DNA of 64,000 bases from an uncultured bacterium (GCA_965368975.1 CBDUPA010000022.1:42550-106549), one strand, 5' to 3'. Positions 9,796-23,348 are shown, counted from the stretch's first letter. Numbers and translations: made by a program. Notes: generated by a model not told the origin, from the sequence alone.

Positions 9796-10475
9796 TCATC
9801 CGAAGACCCGCTCCCAAGTTGCCCGCAAGCCACCTTCCAGCGCCTCGGCTCCGTACTTCCACGCCACGTACAAAGCCAGCACGGCGATGCCGCCAGCCAG
9901 GGGAGCGATCAGCAGGCCGCCAAGCAGGACCAAGCCGTCTTCTTCCAGCAAGCCACAGGCGAGCACGAAGATGACGAAGCTGGGGGCGGTGTTGGTGAGC
10001 GGGATGGGCAGGCTCATGGAGCAGGCCATCAGGATCACCACGATGCCGATCAGGGCATGAAAGGTACGGTGCTGGGCCATGCGGGTCAAGCGGGGGCGGA
10101 CGAGGACTTCGGTGAAGCGGAAGAGGCTGCCGGCAGCGCCGAGGGTCGTCTTGAGAGTCTTGCCGCCGAGTTTGCGGCGGCGCGACCACTCGGGTAGGGA
10201 CGGGGTGCTGCGGTGCAGGACCATCTGCACGCCGAGGACGATCATCATCAGGCCGAAGGGTGTGGCGTAGCCCGGAGCCGGCAGGGGTAGGGCGGCGGGC
10301 AGGGCGAGGATGGCGAGCAGCAGACCGAAGCCGCGCTCGCCGATGCGGTCGACGAGATCACCGAGGGTGACGTCTTGTCCGTCGAGGGAGTCGACCAGGT
10401 CGGCCAGCTCGACGGACAGGCGCCGGTGCGATGAGGAGGAGGTCGGCTCGGCCTCGCTTTCCGCGCTGGCTGGGG

Positions 10476-10479
<4 letters not shown>
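9796..10479 (-). CDS. exoD: ExoD-family membrane protein
   Basis: [24 protein letters not shown]...[10 protein letters not shown]...GLLEEDG; probable TTG start overlapping the thiC stop. Confidence 0.85.
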
Positions 10480-12230
<1,751 letters not shown>

Positions 12231-12287
12231 CAGGGTCTTCTCCTCGAATTGGATCGCCGAGACGGCAGATGAAGCCAGAACGATGCG

Positions 12288-13793
12288 CTAGGCGTCGCCG
12301 GAGGCCTCGCCTCCGGGTGAATCTTCGGAACTATAGCTCAGGGGTAGCACCAGCACGAGCGTGGTACCTCGTGGTCCGCTGTCACCGACGAACAGACGGC
12401 CGCCGTGCGCTTCGGCGATGCGTCGCGCGATGGCCAAGCCAAGGCCGGTGCCTTGCGTCTTGGTGGTGTAGAACGGCTCGAAGAGGTGGTCGCGCTGCGC
12501 GCCGTTGAGGCCGGGGCCGTTGTCGCGCAGTCTTAGCTGGATGGCGGCGCGGCCTTCGAGCTCGCTGCGTTGGCAGTCGGCCTGCAGCTCGACGTCGTCT
12601 TCGCAGGCGTCGAGGGCGTTCTCCAGAATGTTGCGTAGCACCTGGGTGAGGCGGCCGCGGTCGACCGGGAAGGGAGCGTCGCAGGCGCTGCCGGTGATAT
12701 CGAGACGGCAGCAGCGGTCTTGACGGCGCGCCGCGAGCTGGTCCCAGGCTTCGAGCAGCAACTCCGGAAGCAGCTGGTCGCTGCGTTCGAGCGTGATCGG
12801 AGCAGCGTAGTTGCGCACGTCGCCGTAGAGCTGCTCCAGGTGATTGCCGGCCTGACCGATGCGCTCGACCAGCTGCCGTGCCTCGGGGTCCTCGACCTTG
12901 GCTTTGAGCAGGTCGAGGTACCAGCGCATAGCCTGCAGATCGCTACGACTCTCGTGCGCCAGCACGGTGAGCATCTGGCCGATGGTCGCCAGCCGTTCGG
13001 CGCGCAGGGCGCGATCCTGGGCCCCCTTGAGGCTGGTGATGTCGTGGCCGACCACGAGCAGCGCCGAACCGTTCTCCAGGTCTGGTAGGCGCAGGCTCTG
13101 CCAGAGCAGCCAGGCGCGTGATCCGTCGCGGCGCTGGATCGGCCCCTGGTAGCCATGGGCTGGTAGCTCTTCGAGTACGTAGCGCAGATCCTGGCGATCG
13201 GATTCGGCCAGGTCTTTGGGTAGCAGCAACTCGACCAGGTCTTGGTTCACCGCTTCTTCGACGCTGTAGCCGGTGACCTTGCGGGCGTGCGGATTGAGGT
13301 AGTGGATCTGGTAGCCAGGCTTGAGAATGGCGATCATGCACGGCGCCGCTTCGACCAGCGCCTGGAAGACGGCGTCGCTGCTCTGTTTGGCGAGAAGCAG
13401 GCGACGGTGCTCGGCGAGGCGGTCGAGGGTGGCGCGCAGGGCGTCGGGGTGGACCGGCTTGAGCAAGTAGTCGGCGGCGCCTTGACGCAGGGCGACGAGG
13501 GCGCCGTCGAGGTCGGTGTAGCCGGTGATGATGACGACATCCGCCTGCGGCGCGCGCCGGCGTAGCCAGGGCAGCAGGTCTTCGGCGCGACCATCGGGCA
13601 GACGGCGATCGAGCAAGATGGTGGCGATGGCCGACCAGTCCTGGCGCTGGTGCACTTCGTCGACGCTGCCGGCGGTCTCGACCTTGTAGTCGTCGAGCTC
13701 CAGGATGTCGCGGAAGTTGGCGCGGGCATCGGCGTCGTCTTCGATGACCAGGATTCGATCGGGTAGGGCAGCGGGGCGCAGGGTCGTGTCCAT
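12288..13793 (-). CDS. Hybrid sensor histidine kinase (REC-PAS-HisKA-HATPase)
   Basis: ILVIEDD...LLDRRLPDG...KP; PAS region; LAHESR H-box; DNGPG, FYTTK..GTGLGL. Confidence 0.9.
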   Translation of the reverse strand: MDTTLRPAALPDRILVIEDDADARANFRDILELDDYKVETAGSVDEVHQRQDWSAIATILLDRRLPDGRAEDLLPWLRRRAPQADVVIITGYTDLDGALVALRQGAADYLLKPVHPDALRATLDRLAEHRRLLLAKQSSDAVFQALVEAAPCMIAILKPGYQIHYLNPHARKVTGYSVEEAVNQDLVELLLPKDLAESDRQDLRYVLEELPAHGYQGPIQRRDGSRAWLLWQSLRLPDLENGSALLVVGHDITSLKGAQDRALRAERLATIGQMLTVLAHESRSDLQAMRWYLDLLKAKVEDPEARQLVERIGQAGNHLEQLYGDVRNYAAPITLERSDQLLPELLLEAWDQLAARRQDRCCRLDITGSACDAPFPVDRGRLTQVLRNILENALDACEDDVELQADCQRSELEGRAAIQLRLRDNGPGLNGAQRDHLFEPFYTTKTQGTGLGLAIARRIAEAHGGRLFVGDSGPRGTTLVLVLPLSYSSEDSPGGEASGDA

Positions 13794-13801
13794 GGCTTGC
13801 C

Positions 13802-14248
13802 TCAGGTATCCGGAGTGCCGCTGCGGTGCTCGTGGCCGGTCCGGCGGCTCAGCTGGTAGACGGTGCTCAAGAGATCTTCCATATCCACGGGTTTGTAGCA
13901 CACCGCGTCGATGCCACCGCCGAGTGTCGGCAGTCGTGCTTCGACGCCATACGCGGTGACGATGACCGCGGCGGTGCCGGGACTCAGTTGCTTGAGTCGG
14001 TGGAAGAGGGTCAGTCCGTCCATGTGTGGCATCTTGAAGTCGAGCAGTGCCACGTCATACGTGGTGCGGCTGGCCAGCTCTAGCGCCTCGAAGCCATCGC
14101 CAGCGGTGTCGACCCGGTAGTCGAGTTCGAGCAGGATGTCGCTCAGGTTGGCACACGCGTCCGGCTCGTCATCGACGATCAGGATGTGCGGCTGACGGTC
14201 GCAGCCACGCGAGGAGGAGCGCGAGCGGGCAGCCGGATCACGCGTCAT
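13802..14248 (-). CDS. Single-domain response regulator
   Basis: ILIVDDE...LLDFKMPHMDG...VTAY...KPVD. Confidence 0.88.
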   Translation of the reverse strand: MTRDPAARSRSSSRGCDRQPHILIVDDEPDACANLSDILLELDYRVDTAGDGFEALELASRTTYDVALLDFKMPHMDGLTLFHRLKQLSPGTAAVIVTAYGVEARLPTLGGGIDAVCYKPVDMEDLLSTVYQLSRRTGHEHRSGTPDT

Positions 14249-15569
14249 GGCGAGACCGATTCCTGTCAGGTGCCGGCGTGGGGTCGAGCGCGGCTGTGGC
14301 CGGCAAGCGTACCGTGAAGGTGGCGCCCTGACCGGGCACGCTGGTGACCTGCAGCTGACCTTGGTGTTTCTCCAGGATGCCGCGGCACAGTGCCAGTCCC
14401 AAGCCGATACCGCGCGCCTTGGTGGTGAAGAGTGGTTCGAGAATGCGCGGGAGTTCTGGCTCCGGGATGCCGGGGCCGTCATCGATGACCTGCACCTCGA
14501 CGCTGGTCCCGGTATCGCCGCCCGGAACCCGCGCACGCACTTGTAGGTGGCCGCCCGCGGTCATGGCTTCCCGAGCGTTGCGGATCAAGTTGGCGAAGAC
14601 GATCACCAGCTGAGCCGGATCGGCCTTCACCGCGGGGAGGTCGGGTGGTAGGTCGAGGGTCAGCTGCAGGCCGTTCGTGGGCGGCGTGTCGGACTCGGGC
14701 AGCAGGCCTTCCTGTCCGAGCACCTGGTTGAGCAGGTGGTGTAGCTGGACGGGCTCAAGGCTCGGCATCGGCATACGCGCGAAGTTGGACAGCGCGGTGA
14801 TCACCTCGTCGGCAGCGCGCACTTGGCGCTCGATGCGTTCCAGGTGCTCTTCCACCTTGGCTGCTGCTGGCTCGCGCGCACGGCGTAGGTAATAGGCCGA
14901 CGTCTTGATCACGTTGAGCGGATTGCGCAGCTCGTGCGCCAGTCCACCGGCCATCTGACCGATGGCCGCCAGCCGCTCGGTTCGTTGTTGTTGCGCCGCG
15001 CGCGCCCACTGATAACTGGTTTCGATGATGATCAGGTCCAGATCCAGCCGCTTGTTCAGCGACACGACGGTTGAAGACAGATCGTCGGGGCTGGCTTGCC
15101 ACGCTGCGTGCAGTCGCTGGCACAGCCCCTGGCGCAGGCGGGCCAGGGCAGCCAGGGCGTAGATCTGGTCGAGGCCGATCTCGCTGTGGCGCAGCCCGAC
15201 GCGCCAGCGTCGGCGGATGTAGTCGTCGCTATCGCCGCTGCCCAGCAATTCGTCGAGCCACACGCGCAGGGAGCCTTTGAGTCGCTCGATCTGCACCGCG
15301 CCGCCGGTCAGCACCTGACGCGTGGCGGTATGCCGCTCGATCTCGGCATAGAAATCGTCGATCAGGTCCGGGATGTGCGGTTGCAGGAGCTGGTACGCAC
15401 TGTGCACCCGCTGCGCATCCTCGGCGCTGTAGCCGATGTACTTCTGCAGCTCGGCAATGCGTTGCACGGGAGGCTCAGCTGATCCCTGGTGGTGGCTCGA
15501 TCCCTGGTCGGGACTTGGGACCGGGACGGGACTCGGAGCCTGATGGGCACTGTCCATAGGTGACGCCAT
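14238..15569 (-). CDS. Globin-coupled (protoglobin) sensor histidine kinase
   Basis: N-terminal IDDFYAEI...ERLKGSLRVWL...RVGLRHSEIGL sensor globin; AHELRNPL, DDGPG, FTTKARGIGLGL. Confidence 0.88.
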   Translation of the reverse strand: MASPMDSAHQAPSPVPVPSPDQGSSHHQGSAEPPVQRIAELQKYIGYSAEDAQRVHSAYQLLQPHIPDLIDDFYAEIERHTATRQVLTGGAVQIERLKGSLRVWLDELLGSGDSDDYIRRRWRVGLRHSEIGLDQIYALAALARLRQGLCQRLHAAWQASPDDLSSTVVSLNKRLDLDLIIIETSYQWARAAQQQRTERLAAIGQMAGGLAHELRNPLNVIKTSAYYLRRAREPAAAKVEEHLERIERQVRAADEVITALSNFARMPMPSLEPVQLHHLLNQVLGQEGLLPESDTPPTNGLQLTLDLPPDLPAVKADPAQLVIVFANLIRNAREAMTAGGHLQVRARVPGGDTGTSVEVQVIDDGPGIPEPELPRILEPLFTTKARGIGLGLALCRGILEKHQGQLQVTSVPGQGATFTVRLPATAALDPTPAPDRNRSRHDA

Positions 15570-15625
15570 GTTGAGTCGCGATGGAGAAGCCGTTGCAGGT
15601 GGGAAGCTCCCCGAAGTGCCGCACG

Positions 15626-15697
15626 CGCACTCCCTACGTGGAGGTCCGGCTCGTCAGGGTGGCAGGAAGCCTATCACGCGCGCCCTTTCTACAGTAC
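15626..15697 (-). ncRNA. Degenerate or variant TPP-riboswitch-like element
   Basis: Minus strand AGGGCGCGCG-TGATAG-GCTTCCTGCC-ACCCT-GAC-GAGCCGGACC-TCCA-CGTAGGGA-GT follows the order of TPP blocks (GGG..UGAGA..ACCC..GAACCUGAUC..GCGUAGGGA). P5 is mostly missing and UGAGA reads UGAUA. Confidence 0.45.
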
Positions 15698-15719
15698 TGA
15701 CGAACTACGATGACTTGAC

Positions 15720-17903
15720 TCAGGCTGCCGGGCGCTTCTCTCTTCCGGTCTCGGTTTCGCGCTGCTGGAGGGCTCGCCGGGTCTGATCGAGCGCCGCGTG
15801 CATCGCCGCGCGTTCCTCGTCGCTCAGCGTATCGCCGCCGAAGCTCTCGCGCAGGTAGAAGCGGATCACCCGCGCGGCCGGTTCATGGGCTTGCGGAAAC
15901 CGCTCGCCTGTCCGTTGCTGCAAATCGAGCGGAGCGGTCGCATCGCTGATCTCGAGGCCGCGCCGTTGCAGCAGGCGGCGCAACTCCTGGAAAGCGCGGG
16001 TCGCGTCGCCGCTGCCACGCCGCTGCAGCCACAGAGCCAGCAAGATGATCGCGGTCACCAGTGCGAAGCCGCCGACCAGCAGCCATGGCGAGAGCGCTTC
16101 ACCGCCTTTCTCCACCGGCGTCGGATCCTGCGCCGCGGCTGTCTCTTGGCTGTCGGTGGATGCGTCGTCGCTACGCAGGGAGGCGGTGAGTTCCAGGAAC
16201 CAGTTGCGCAATCCCCAGAGGAACGAGATCTGGTCCTGCAGGCCGAAGGTGAGGATGTAGCGATCCCAGTGGAAGTTGAGGTACTCGGTGATCTGGCGCA
16301 GCATCGTCAGCTGGATCTGGCTGACGCCGGTGGGTCGACCGCCGGGCGGGGTCGGATCGTACTGCTGCCAGCCGACACCCGGCAGGTACGCCTCGACCCA
16401 GGCGTGGGCGTTGCGCTGGCGCACGGTGTAGTCGCGCGTCAGGCGGTTGTACTCGGCGCCCAGGAAGCCGCTGATCAGGCGGGCCGGGATGCCCTCGGAT
16501 CGCAGCATCAGGACCATCGACGAGGCGAACAGCTCGCAGTGGCCGGTGCGGTAGGTGAAGAGGAAGTCTTCGATCGGGTTGTCGTTGATGTCGCCGACGA
16601 AGTCCGTGCTGTAGTTGTAGTTCTGGATCAGGTGCGTTTCGAGGTCGAAGGCTTGCTGGGCGGCGCTGCCCTCGCCCATCACCTCGGCGGCCAGCTCGGC
16701 CATCGCCGGGGTCAGGCCCGTGAGATCGAGCGTCGGCTCGTCGGGGTCGTCGAGCTTCGGCATGACGGCGGTGAGGTTGACCTCGTCTTGCAGCCACACG
16801 CGGTAGTTGAGCGGCCCTCGATAGTTGGTCCACTTGTAAATGGCGCCGCCTTCATCCTGCGCCAGGATCGGCATTAGCAGTTCCATGCGCGTGGCTTTGA
16901 CCGGTACCGGCACGGCGCGGCTGCGGATCGGCAGCAGCCAGACGTTGACCCAGGGGCCTTCGTCGACATCGCCGAGCCGCAGGTCGCTGGTGAGCTGGAA
17001 CTGGCCACGGTAGTTGGTCAGCGTAGTGTCGCGTACTTCGGCGCGCTGCCAGCGCCGCTGGCCGGGGTGGTAGATGTCGTGCGTACCGCCTTTGAACCGG
17101 ATGTCGGCGTTCTCGGGTCGGTTCTCGTCGAACTCCAGGCGCATCACGACTTCCGGGTTGTCGCGCAGGCCACCGATCGAGTTGAGCGTCACCTCGTCGC
17201 TGAAGCCCGTCGAGCGAATCTGCGTGCCGGTGCCGGTACGCATGCCGACGTAGGGGTTGCTGATGCGTGGGAACAGCGTGAACAGTGGCACCGAGAGGAT
17301 CGAGGCGACGATCAGCCAGGCGCTGAGTGCGGTTGCCAGTCGCGGTGGCCCGGTGACGGTCACGGGTGCGTCGGCGTCGAGGCTTTCGAGGGTGCGCGCC
17401 TGCGCGTGGCGGGTCAGCAGGACCAGGCCGATGGCCGCGAATATCAGCAGGTACAGGACGATGCTCGGGTGGACGCTGGTGCCGACGCCGGCCAAGAACA
17501 GGAAGAAGACCGGCAGCAGGGTGAAGGACTCGTCGCGCCGCTTGCCGAGCGCGAACAGTTTGACGATAACGGTGAACATGCACACGTGCACCATCGACTG
17601 CACCAGTTGGCCGCGGAAGGCGGAGAACAGCAGGTCGATGCCCAGCACCGGCAGGTACGCCAGGCCGAGCACGTTGAGCACCCAGGTGGGCAGCTGGCTG
17701 TAAATGCCGTGCCGGGAGCGCTGCAGGAAGACGGCGACCAGGATCAGATAGAGCCCGAGCAGCGGCCACAGGAGTACGCTGTTGAGTGGCAGCGGCAAGG
17801 GAGCCAGCAGCGCCAGGATGCCGAGCAGCAGGTAGCGCTCCTGGCGCAGACTCTGGAGCGCAGTCGCGGCGGTCGTCGGCTCGATCTTCGGCTCACGGCT
17901 CAT
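15720..17903 (-). CDS. Transglutaminase-like membrane protein (TgpA/DUF3488)
   Basis: TM N-terminus; GHCELFAS, IPARLISGF, NAHAWVEAY, YDPTP. Confidence 0.9.
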   Translation of the reverse strand: MSREPKIEPTTAATALQSLRQERYLLLGILALLAPLPLPLNSVLLWPLLGLYLILVAVFLQRSRHGIYSQLPTWVLNVLGLAYLPVLGIDLLFSAFRGQLVQSMVHVCMFTVIVKLFALGKRRDESFTLLPVFFLFLAGVGTSVHPSIVLYLLIFAAIGLVLLTRHAQARTLESLDADAPVTVTGPPRLATALSAWLIVASILSVPLFTLFPRISNPYVGMRTGTGTQIRSTGFSDEVTLNSIGGLRDNPEVVMRLEFDENRPENADIRFKGGTHDIYHPGQRRWQRAEVRDTTLTNYRGQFQLTSDLRLGDVDEGPWVNVWLLPIRSRAVPVPVKATRMELLMPILAQDEGGAIYKWTNYRGPLNYRVWLQDEVNLTAVMPKLDDPDEPTLDLTGLTPAMAELAAEVMGEGSAAQQAFDLETHLIQNYNYSTDFVGDINDNPIEDFLFTYRTGHCELFASSMVLMLRSEGIPARLISGFLGAEYNRLTRDYTVRQRNAHAWVEAYLPGVGWQQYDPTPPGGRPTGVSQIQLTMLRQITEYLNFHWDRYILTFGLQDQISFLWGLRNWFLELTASLRSDDASTDSQETAAAQDPTPVEKGGEALSPWLLVGGFALVTAIILLALWLQRRGSGDATRAFQELRRLLQRRGLEISDATAPLDLQQRTGERFPQAHEPAARVIRFYLRESFGGDTLSDEERAAMHAALDQTRRALQQRETETGREKRPAA

Positions 17904-19060
17904 GCCGCCTCCCGCGTCGCCCTATCGAGGCCGAGGCGCAGTACCGGGGATCGCTCGTCGCTGCTGCGCGGTGCCTCGCCGGCCTCGGTGTCTGGTTCCA
18001 CCAGCGCCAGGGCTTCCAGCACGGCCATCCGTTGACGCGTGCCAGCAGAGAAGGGTAGGCGCACACGGCGGGTCACCAGCTCCAGCTCGAAGCCAGCATC
18101 CAGGTAGGCGTCTGCGGCGGTTGCGGCCTCGCTCACCAGGCGCTCGAAGCGCTGCAGGTCGTCGCCGTCGCACCAGCGGCCGTGGTTGTCGAACAAGGTG
18201 GGATCGACGTGGTTGTCGAACAGGATGGCGATGCGCCGGCCTTCCTCGGCTTCCCTTTCCTGGTACACCAGGTCGCCGGTGCGAGCGCTCCGCTTCCAGT
18301 GGATGTTGCGCGGATCGTCGCCCTCGCGGAAGCCGCGTAGCTCGTGCAGGTCGTGCCCCCAACCCCGCTGTTGGCGGCTGCTGGGGCCGACGTCCGTGTC
18401 TTGGGGGCGCGCTTCGGTGCCGGCCGGGAACAGTTCCGGATAGACCAGCAGTTCGGTCTCGGTGCGGTAGAGCTGCCCCTTCTGGAACAGGCCGAAGGGG
18501 AACAGACTGGTGACGCGCACGCCGCGCAGCCGCTGCCGGCCGCGCCGCCGGAAGACGCAGGGCACCGAGCCTTGAAGCTCCGTGCGCGTGGCTAGCCGTG
18601 AGACGAACCAGGGGGAACTGCTGCTGCTGTCGTCGTCGAAGGAGCGCTTCTTCGTCGCGGGCTTGCCCGTCTTGCTCGATCTCTTGGTTTTTGCGCTGGT
18701 TGCCGTCGATTCACTGACCGCCTGCAGCAGCAGGAACCAGCGTGGCCACCAGCGGGCACGGTTGTGCAGGTGCAGGCCGAGCCGGAAGGGGCGGTTGGCG
18801 AACAGCTCGACCGGGGCTTCCACCTCCACCTGCAAGCCGCGCACGTTGCTGCGCGACACGAAGCCGGAGACGGCGAGCAGGCCGAGCAGCAGAGCCAGCA
18901 CCATGAACAGGGTGTTGTTGCCGGTGTTGGTGGCCGCCAAGGCGACCAGGAAGATCAGGCCGATATAGATGATGCCGAAGCGCGTGCCTCGGATCGCCGA
19001 GGGCCGCGACCGAAAGCGGCGTCGCCGGAGGTCCGGAAGACGAAGTCTGAACTGGGTCAC
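17900..19060 (-). CDS. DUF58-family protein
   Basis: AATNTGNN, FPFGLF, LRGFREGDDPRNIHWKRSAR; GTG start chosen. Confidence 0.88.
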   Translation of the reverse strand: MTQFRLRLPDLRRRRFRSRPSAIRGTRFGIIYIGLIFLVALAATNTGNNTLFMVLALLLGLLAVSGFVSRSNVRGLQVEVEAPVELFANRPFRLGLHLHNRARWWPRWFLLLQAVSESTATSAKTKRSSKTGKPATKKRSFDDDSSSSSPWFVSRLATRTELQGSVPCVFRRRGRQRLRGVRVTSLFPFGLFQKGQLYRTETELLVYPELFPAGTEARPQDTDVGPSSRQQRGWGHDLHELRGFREGDDPRNIHWKRSARTGDLVYQEREAEEGRRIAILFDNHVDPTLFDNHGRWCDGDDLQRFERLVSEAATAADAYLDAGFELELVTRRVRLPFSAGTRQRMAVLEALALVEPDTEAGEAPRSSDERSPVLRLGLDRATREAA

Positions 19061-19079
19061 GGCCGGCTCCTGACCGGCC

Positions 19080-20129
<1,050 letters not shown>

Positions 20130-20179
20130 GTCCTGAGTGTACGGACGCCGGGGCGCCAGAGTTTGTCGAAAGGGACGTC

Positions 20180-20827
20180 TTATTCGCTGCCGGCGGTGGC
20201 GGGGAACTCCGGATACAGCGGGTAGTCGCTGGCCGGCACGTTGCCGCGCACCTCGACGTAGAACATGTGGTTGGCCGGGTCGTAGGCGATGTTCTCGAGC
20301 TTGTGGCTGAGCTGGGTATCCATGCCCTTGAGCAACTGCGAGGTGTCGACGGTGTGGTGGAAGCGGGCGATCTCGTTCTCTGCGCGGTCCGTCTGTACGA
20401 TGTCGAGGGTCAGCTGTGGCAGCGCCTCGTTGTTGGTGTTCTGCAGCAGGATGTCGAGCAGCACGTCGTAGCCGGTCGGCTCGGCCATTGTTGCCTCGGG
20501 CATCGCTGCGGCGTCGCCCTCGGGGGCCGCGTCGGTGGGCAGTTCGTCCGCGGTGTCCTGGGTCTCACCTTCGACGACCATCTCGTCCCCGGCTTCACCG
20601 TCGGTGACCTCCATGTCGGCGGCGTCCAGTTCGGTCGGGTCCGGCTGCGGCTCCTCGTGCGGCATCGCGACCAGGCCGCTCGGGTTGACCTGGACCACGT
20701 ATTTGGCGCGCATCTTGGCGACGCGCTGCACCGGGTCTTCCGGCTGGCAGGCGGTCAGCGGAAGCAGCAGCAGCAGGGCCAGAGTCCAGAGAGTCGAACG
20801 GTGGGTGATCTTCGCAAGCTTGGGCAT
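20180..20827 (-). CDS. Hypothetical lipoprotein with an acidic linker
   Basis: LLLLPLTAC lipobox; AAGGAG RBS. Confidence 0.65.
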   Translation of the reverse strand: MPKLAKITHRSTLWTLALLLLLPLTACQPEDPVQRVAKMRAKYVVQVNPSGLVAMPHEEPQPDPTELDAADMEVTDGEAGDEMVVEGETQDTADELPTDAAPEGDAAAMPEATMAEPTGYDVLLDILLQNTNNEALPQLTLDIVQTDRAENEIARFHHTVDTSQLLKGMDTQLSHKLENIAYDPANHMFYVEVRGNVPASDYPLYPEFPATAGSE

Positions 20828-20939
20828 AGCGATCTCCTTCTTGGCAAGCTTTCTTGGGCAGAAAGCCCCGGGATGACAGAACCAGGGTGGGTGGGGGGAG
20901 CCGGAACCCGTCGGGTGCCGGAGAACTAGGCAAACTATA

Positions 20940-21680
20940 TCAGTGCCTGTCCAGGACCTCTTCCGGGGTCCCGCGCGCCACCAGCCGCCCGCGGTCCAGG
21001 CACAGAACTTCGTCGCATAGCTCGCGCACCTCGTCCGGATCGTGCGACACCCACAGCATCGGGATCGACAGCTCGTGGCGCACGCGCTGGATCAGCGGCA
21101 GCAGGCGCCGGCGCAGGGGGTGGTCTATGGAGGCCAGGGGTTCGTCGAGCAGCAGCAGGCGCGGGCCGGAGCACAGCGCGCGGCCGAGGGCGACGCGCTG
21201 GCGCTCACCGCCAGAGAGGGTCGTGACGCTACGGTCCAGCAAGGGCTCCAGCTCCAGCAAGCCACACACCGTCCGCAGCTGCGCGGCCGGGTCGAGACCG
21301 CGCGCGCGGGCGCGGCGGGCGCCGCTGAGCAGGTTGCGGCGCACGTCCAGGTGCGGGAAGAGCAGGCCGTCCTGCGGAACATAGCCGATGCCGCGGTGTT
21401 CGGGCGGCAGGCGCACGGGAGAGGGGGCTTGGGTGTCGAGCCAAACGTCGGTACCCAGCAAGATGTGTCCGCGCGCTGCCGCGTCGAGGCCGGCGACCGC
21501 ACGCAACGCGGTGGTTTTGCCGCAGCCCGACGCACCGAACAGTGCCGTGACCTGCCGCTCGGCACGGAAGTCGAGATGCAGCTCGAAGCGGTCGAGGGGT
21601 CGCCGCAGCCGCACGTCGAGCACGGGCACGTCGTTCGACAACACCTCAATGGCCGGTATCTCTGTGGACGAAGGCGTCAT
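20940..21680 (-). CDS. modC: Molybdate ABC transporter ATPase (short, no TOBE domain)
   Basis: [36 protein letters not shown]. Confidence 0.85.
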   Translation of the reverse strand: MTPSSTEIPAIEVLSNDVPVLDVRLRRPLDRFELHLDFRAERQVTALFGASGCGKTTALRAVAGLDAAARGHILLGTDVWLDTQAPSPVRLPPEHRGIGYVPQDGLLFPHLDVRRNLLSGARRARARGLDPAAQLRTVCGLLELEPLLDRSVTTLSGGERQRVALGRALCSGPRLLLLDEPLASIDHPLRRRLLPLIQRVRHELSIPMLWVSHDPDEVRELCDEVLCLDRGRLVARGTPEEVLDRH

Positions 21681-22483
21681 AGATGTCTCGACTCTTCAGT
21701 CTTCTGAGAGGCGGCCTTCTGAGAGCCTGCTTGCAACAAGGTCGCTCGCTGGCGGCGGACCAGGTACTCGGACGACAGGATCGCCACCAGGCCGAGAACC
21801 AAGGACACGATCAACAGCACCGCCGCCTGCCGCTCGTCGCCTACCTGCTGGGCGGTGTAGATGCCCGAGGCCAGCGTCTGCGTGCGGCCGGGGATGTTGC
21901 CCGCGACGATCATGGTGGCGCCGAACTCGCCGACCGCGCGCGTGAAGCCGAGGATGGCGGCGGCCAGCAGACCGGGCGTGGCCAGCGGCAGGGTGAAGCG
22001 CAGGAAGACGCGCAGCGGTCCGTGGCCGAGCGTGCGCGCCATACTCTCGAGCCGCGGGTCGACGCCCTCGAAGGCGACGCGCGCGGTGCGCACCACCAGC
22101 GGCGTCGCCATGATCGCCGACGCCAGCACCGCGGCCTTCCAGGTCAGCAGCAGGCCGAGGTCGAAACCCAGGCGGCGCTCGCCCAAGGGGCCATCGGCAG
22201 CCAGCAGCGACAGCAGCAGGTAGCCGACCGCAGTCGGGGGCAACACCAGCGGCAGGCCCACCAGCGCCGACACCAGCGCCTTGCCGCGGAACCGGTAGCG
22301 CGCCAGCGCGTAGGCGAGCAGCGTTCCGGGCGGCACCACCAGCAGCGTCGCGACGGTGGCGATGCGCAGCGTCATAGCCAGGGCGGGCCATATCTCAGCT
22401 GACAGGCCGAGGGCGGCGAACACGCTGGCACAAAGGAGGGTGGTCGAAGGCATGGAAGCCGAGTCTATCCGCAGGGTAGCCAC
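21677..22483 (-). CDS. modB: Molybdate ABC permease (start uncertain)
   Basis: [34 protein letters not shown]. Confidence 0.93.
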   Translation of the reverse strand: MATLRIDSASMPSTTLLCASVFAALGLSAEIWPALAMTLRIATVATLLVVPPGTLLAYALARYRFRGKALVSALVGLPLVLPPTAVGYLLLSLLAADGPLGERRLGFDLGLLLTWKAAVLASAIMATPLVVRTARVAFEGVDPRLESMARTLGHGPLRVFLRFTLPLATPGLLAAAILGFTRAVGEFGATMIVAGNIPGRTQTLASGIYTAQQVGDERQAAVLLIVSLVLGLVAILSSEYLVRRQRATLLQAGSQKAASQKTEESRHL

Positions 22484-22513
22484 CTGGGGCTACCTGCCCC
22501 GGATCTTGCCGCG

Positions 22514-23314
22514 CTACTGGGGTGGCAGCACTTCGAAGCCGTGGGCGCGCAGGATCGAGGCCGCGTCGTGGTGTAGGAAGTCGAGGAAGGTCGCTGCCAG
22601 ATCCGCTCGCGGACTGCGCGCGAGGACGGCGACATCGTAGCGGATCTCCGGCGTCAGCTCGGGCGGGATCTCCAGCAAAACGCGCACGCGCTGGTCACCA
22701 CGATGCGTCGCGACCGCGTCCGTGCGGTACACGATGCCGAGGATCTTGGGTTGCGCAACCACCTGTGCCAGGGCCGCGCGGACATCGGCCATGGGTAGCA
22801 CGCGCGCTTCGACCGCCCGCCAGAGTGACGCTTCGCCGTGTCGGACCGCCTGCAGCGTCTCGCGGGCGTAGATACCCGCCGGCACAGCGTCTGGATGGCC
22901 GAGCGCCAGGAACTCGAAGTCGAGCCCGGCCAGTTCGTCGAGTCGCTCCAGCCGCCAGGGGGCGTCCACGTGTGCCACCACTACCAGGCGGTTGCCCAGC
23001 AGCGCGCGTCGCGAGCCCGGGACCAGCAGCGCCTCGGTGTCGAGTTCGTCGAGCCAGCGTGGATGCGCCGAGATGATCACGTCCGCCGCTGCCGGCCGGG
23101 CTTGCAGCTGGCGCGCCAAGACGTTGGAACCGGCGAAGTTGAACTCGAGTCGCTCGGGACCAGGCCATTCGGCCGCTGCCTCGGTCAGTGCGTCGCGCAA
23201 GCTGGCGGCGGCGAAAACGCTCAGCGTGGCGTCGCTTGCCAAGTTGGGAGTTGGCGCGCCGCAGCTCGCCAGCAGGATCACCAGGCCGACGAGCCAGCTC
23301 AGTCTAGTCAACAC
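22514..23314 (-). CDS. modA: Molybdate-binding lipoprotein
   Basis: LASC lipobox, VFAAASL, FAGSNVLA, VPAGIYA, GIVYRTD. Confidence 0.92.
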   Translation of the reverse strand: MLTRLSWLVGLVILLASCGAPTPNLASDATLSVFAAASLRDALTEAAAEWPGPERLEFNFAGSNVLARQLQARPAAADVIISAHPRWLDELDTEALLVPGSRRALLGNRLVVVAHVDAPWRLERLDELAGLDFEFLALGHPDAVPAGIYARETLQAVRHGEASLWRAVEARVLPMADVRAALAQVVAQPKILGIVYRTDAVATHRGDQRVRVLLEIPPELTPEIRYDVAVLARSPRADLAATFLDFLHHDAASILRAHGFEVLPPQ

Positions 23315-23348
23315 CGTCTGGACAACACCGTCTGGACAGCACCGTCTA
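23309..23348. repeat. 14-bp tandem repeat, about 2.8 copies, across the GT2 stop and modA start
   Basis: CAACACCGTCTGGA x2 + CAGCACCGTCTA. Confidence 0.85.

Noticed and set aside
12231-12287. TPP riboswitch immediately upstream of thiC
   Set aside because: Only 57 bp and no TPP motifs; the only similar element is at 15626-15697
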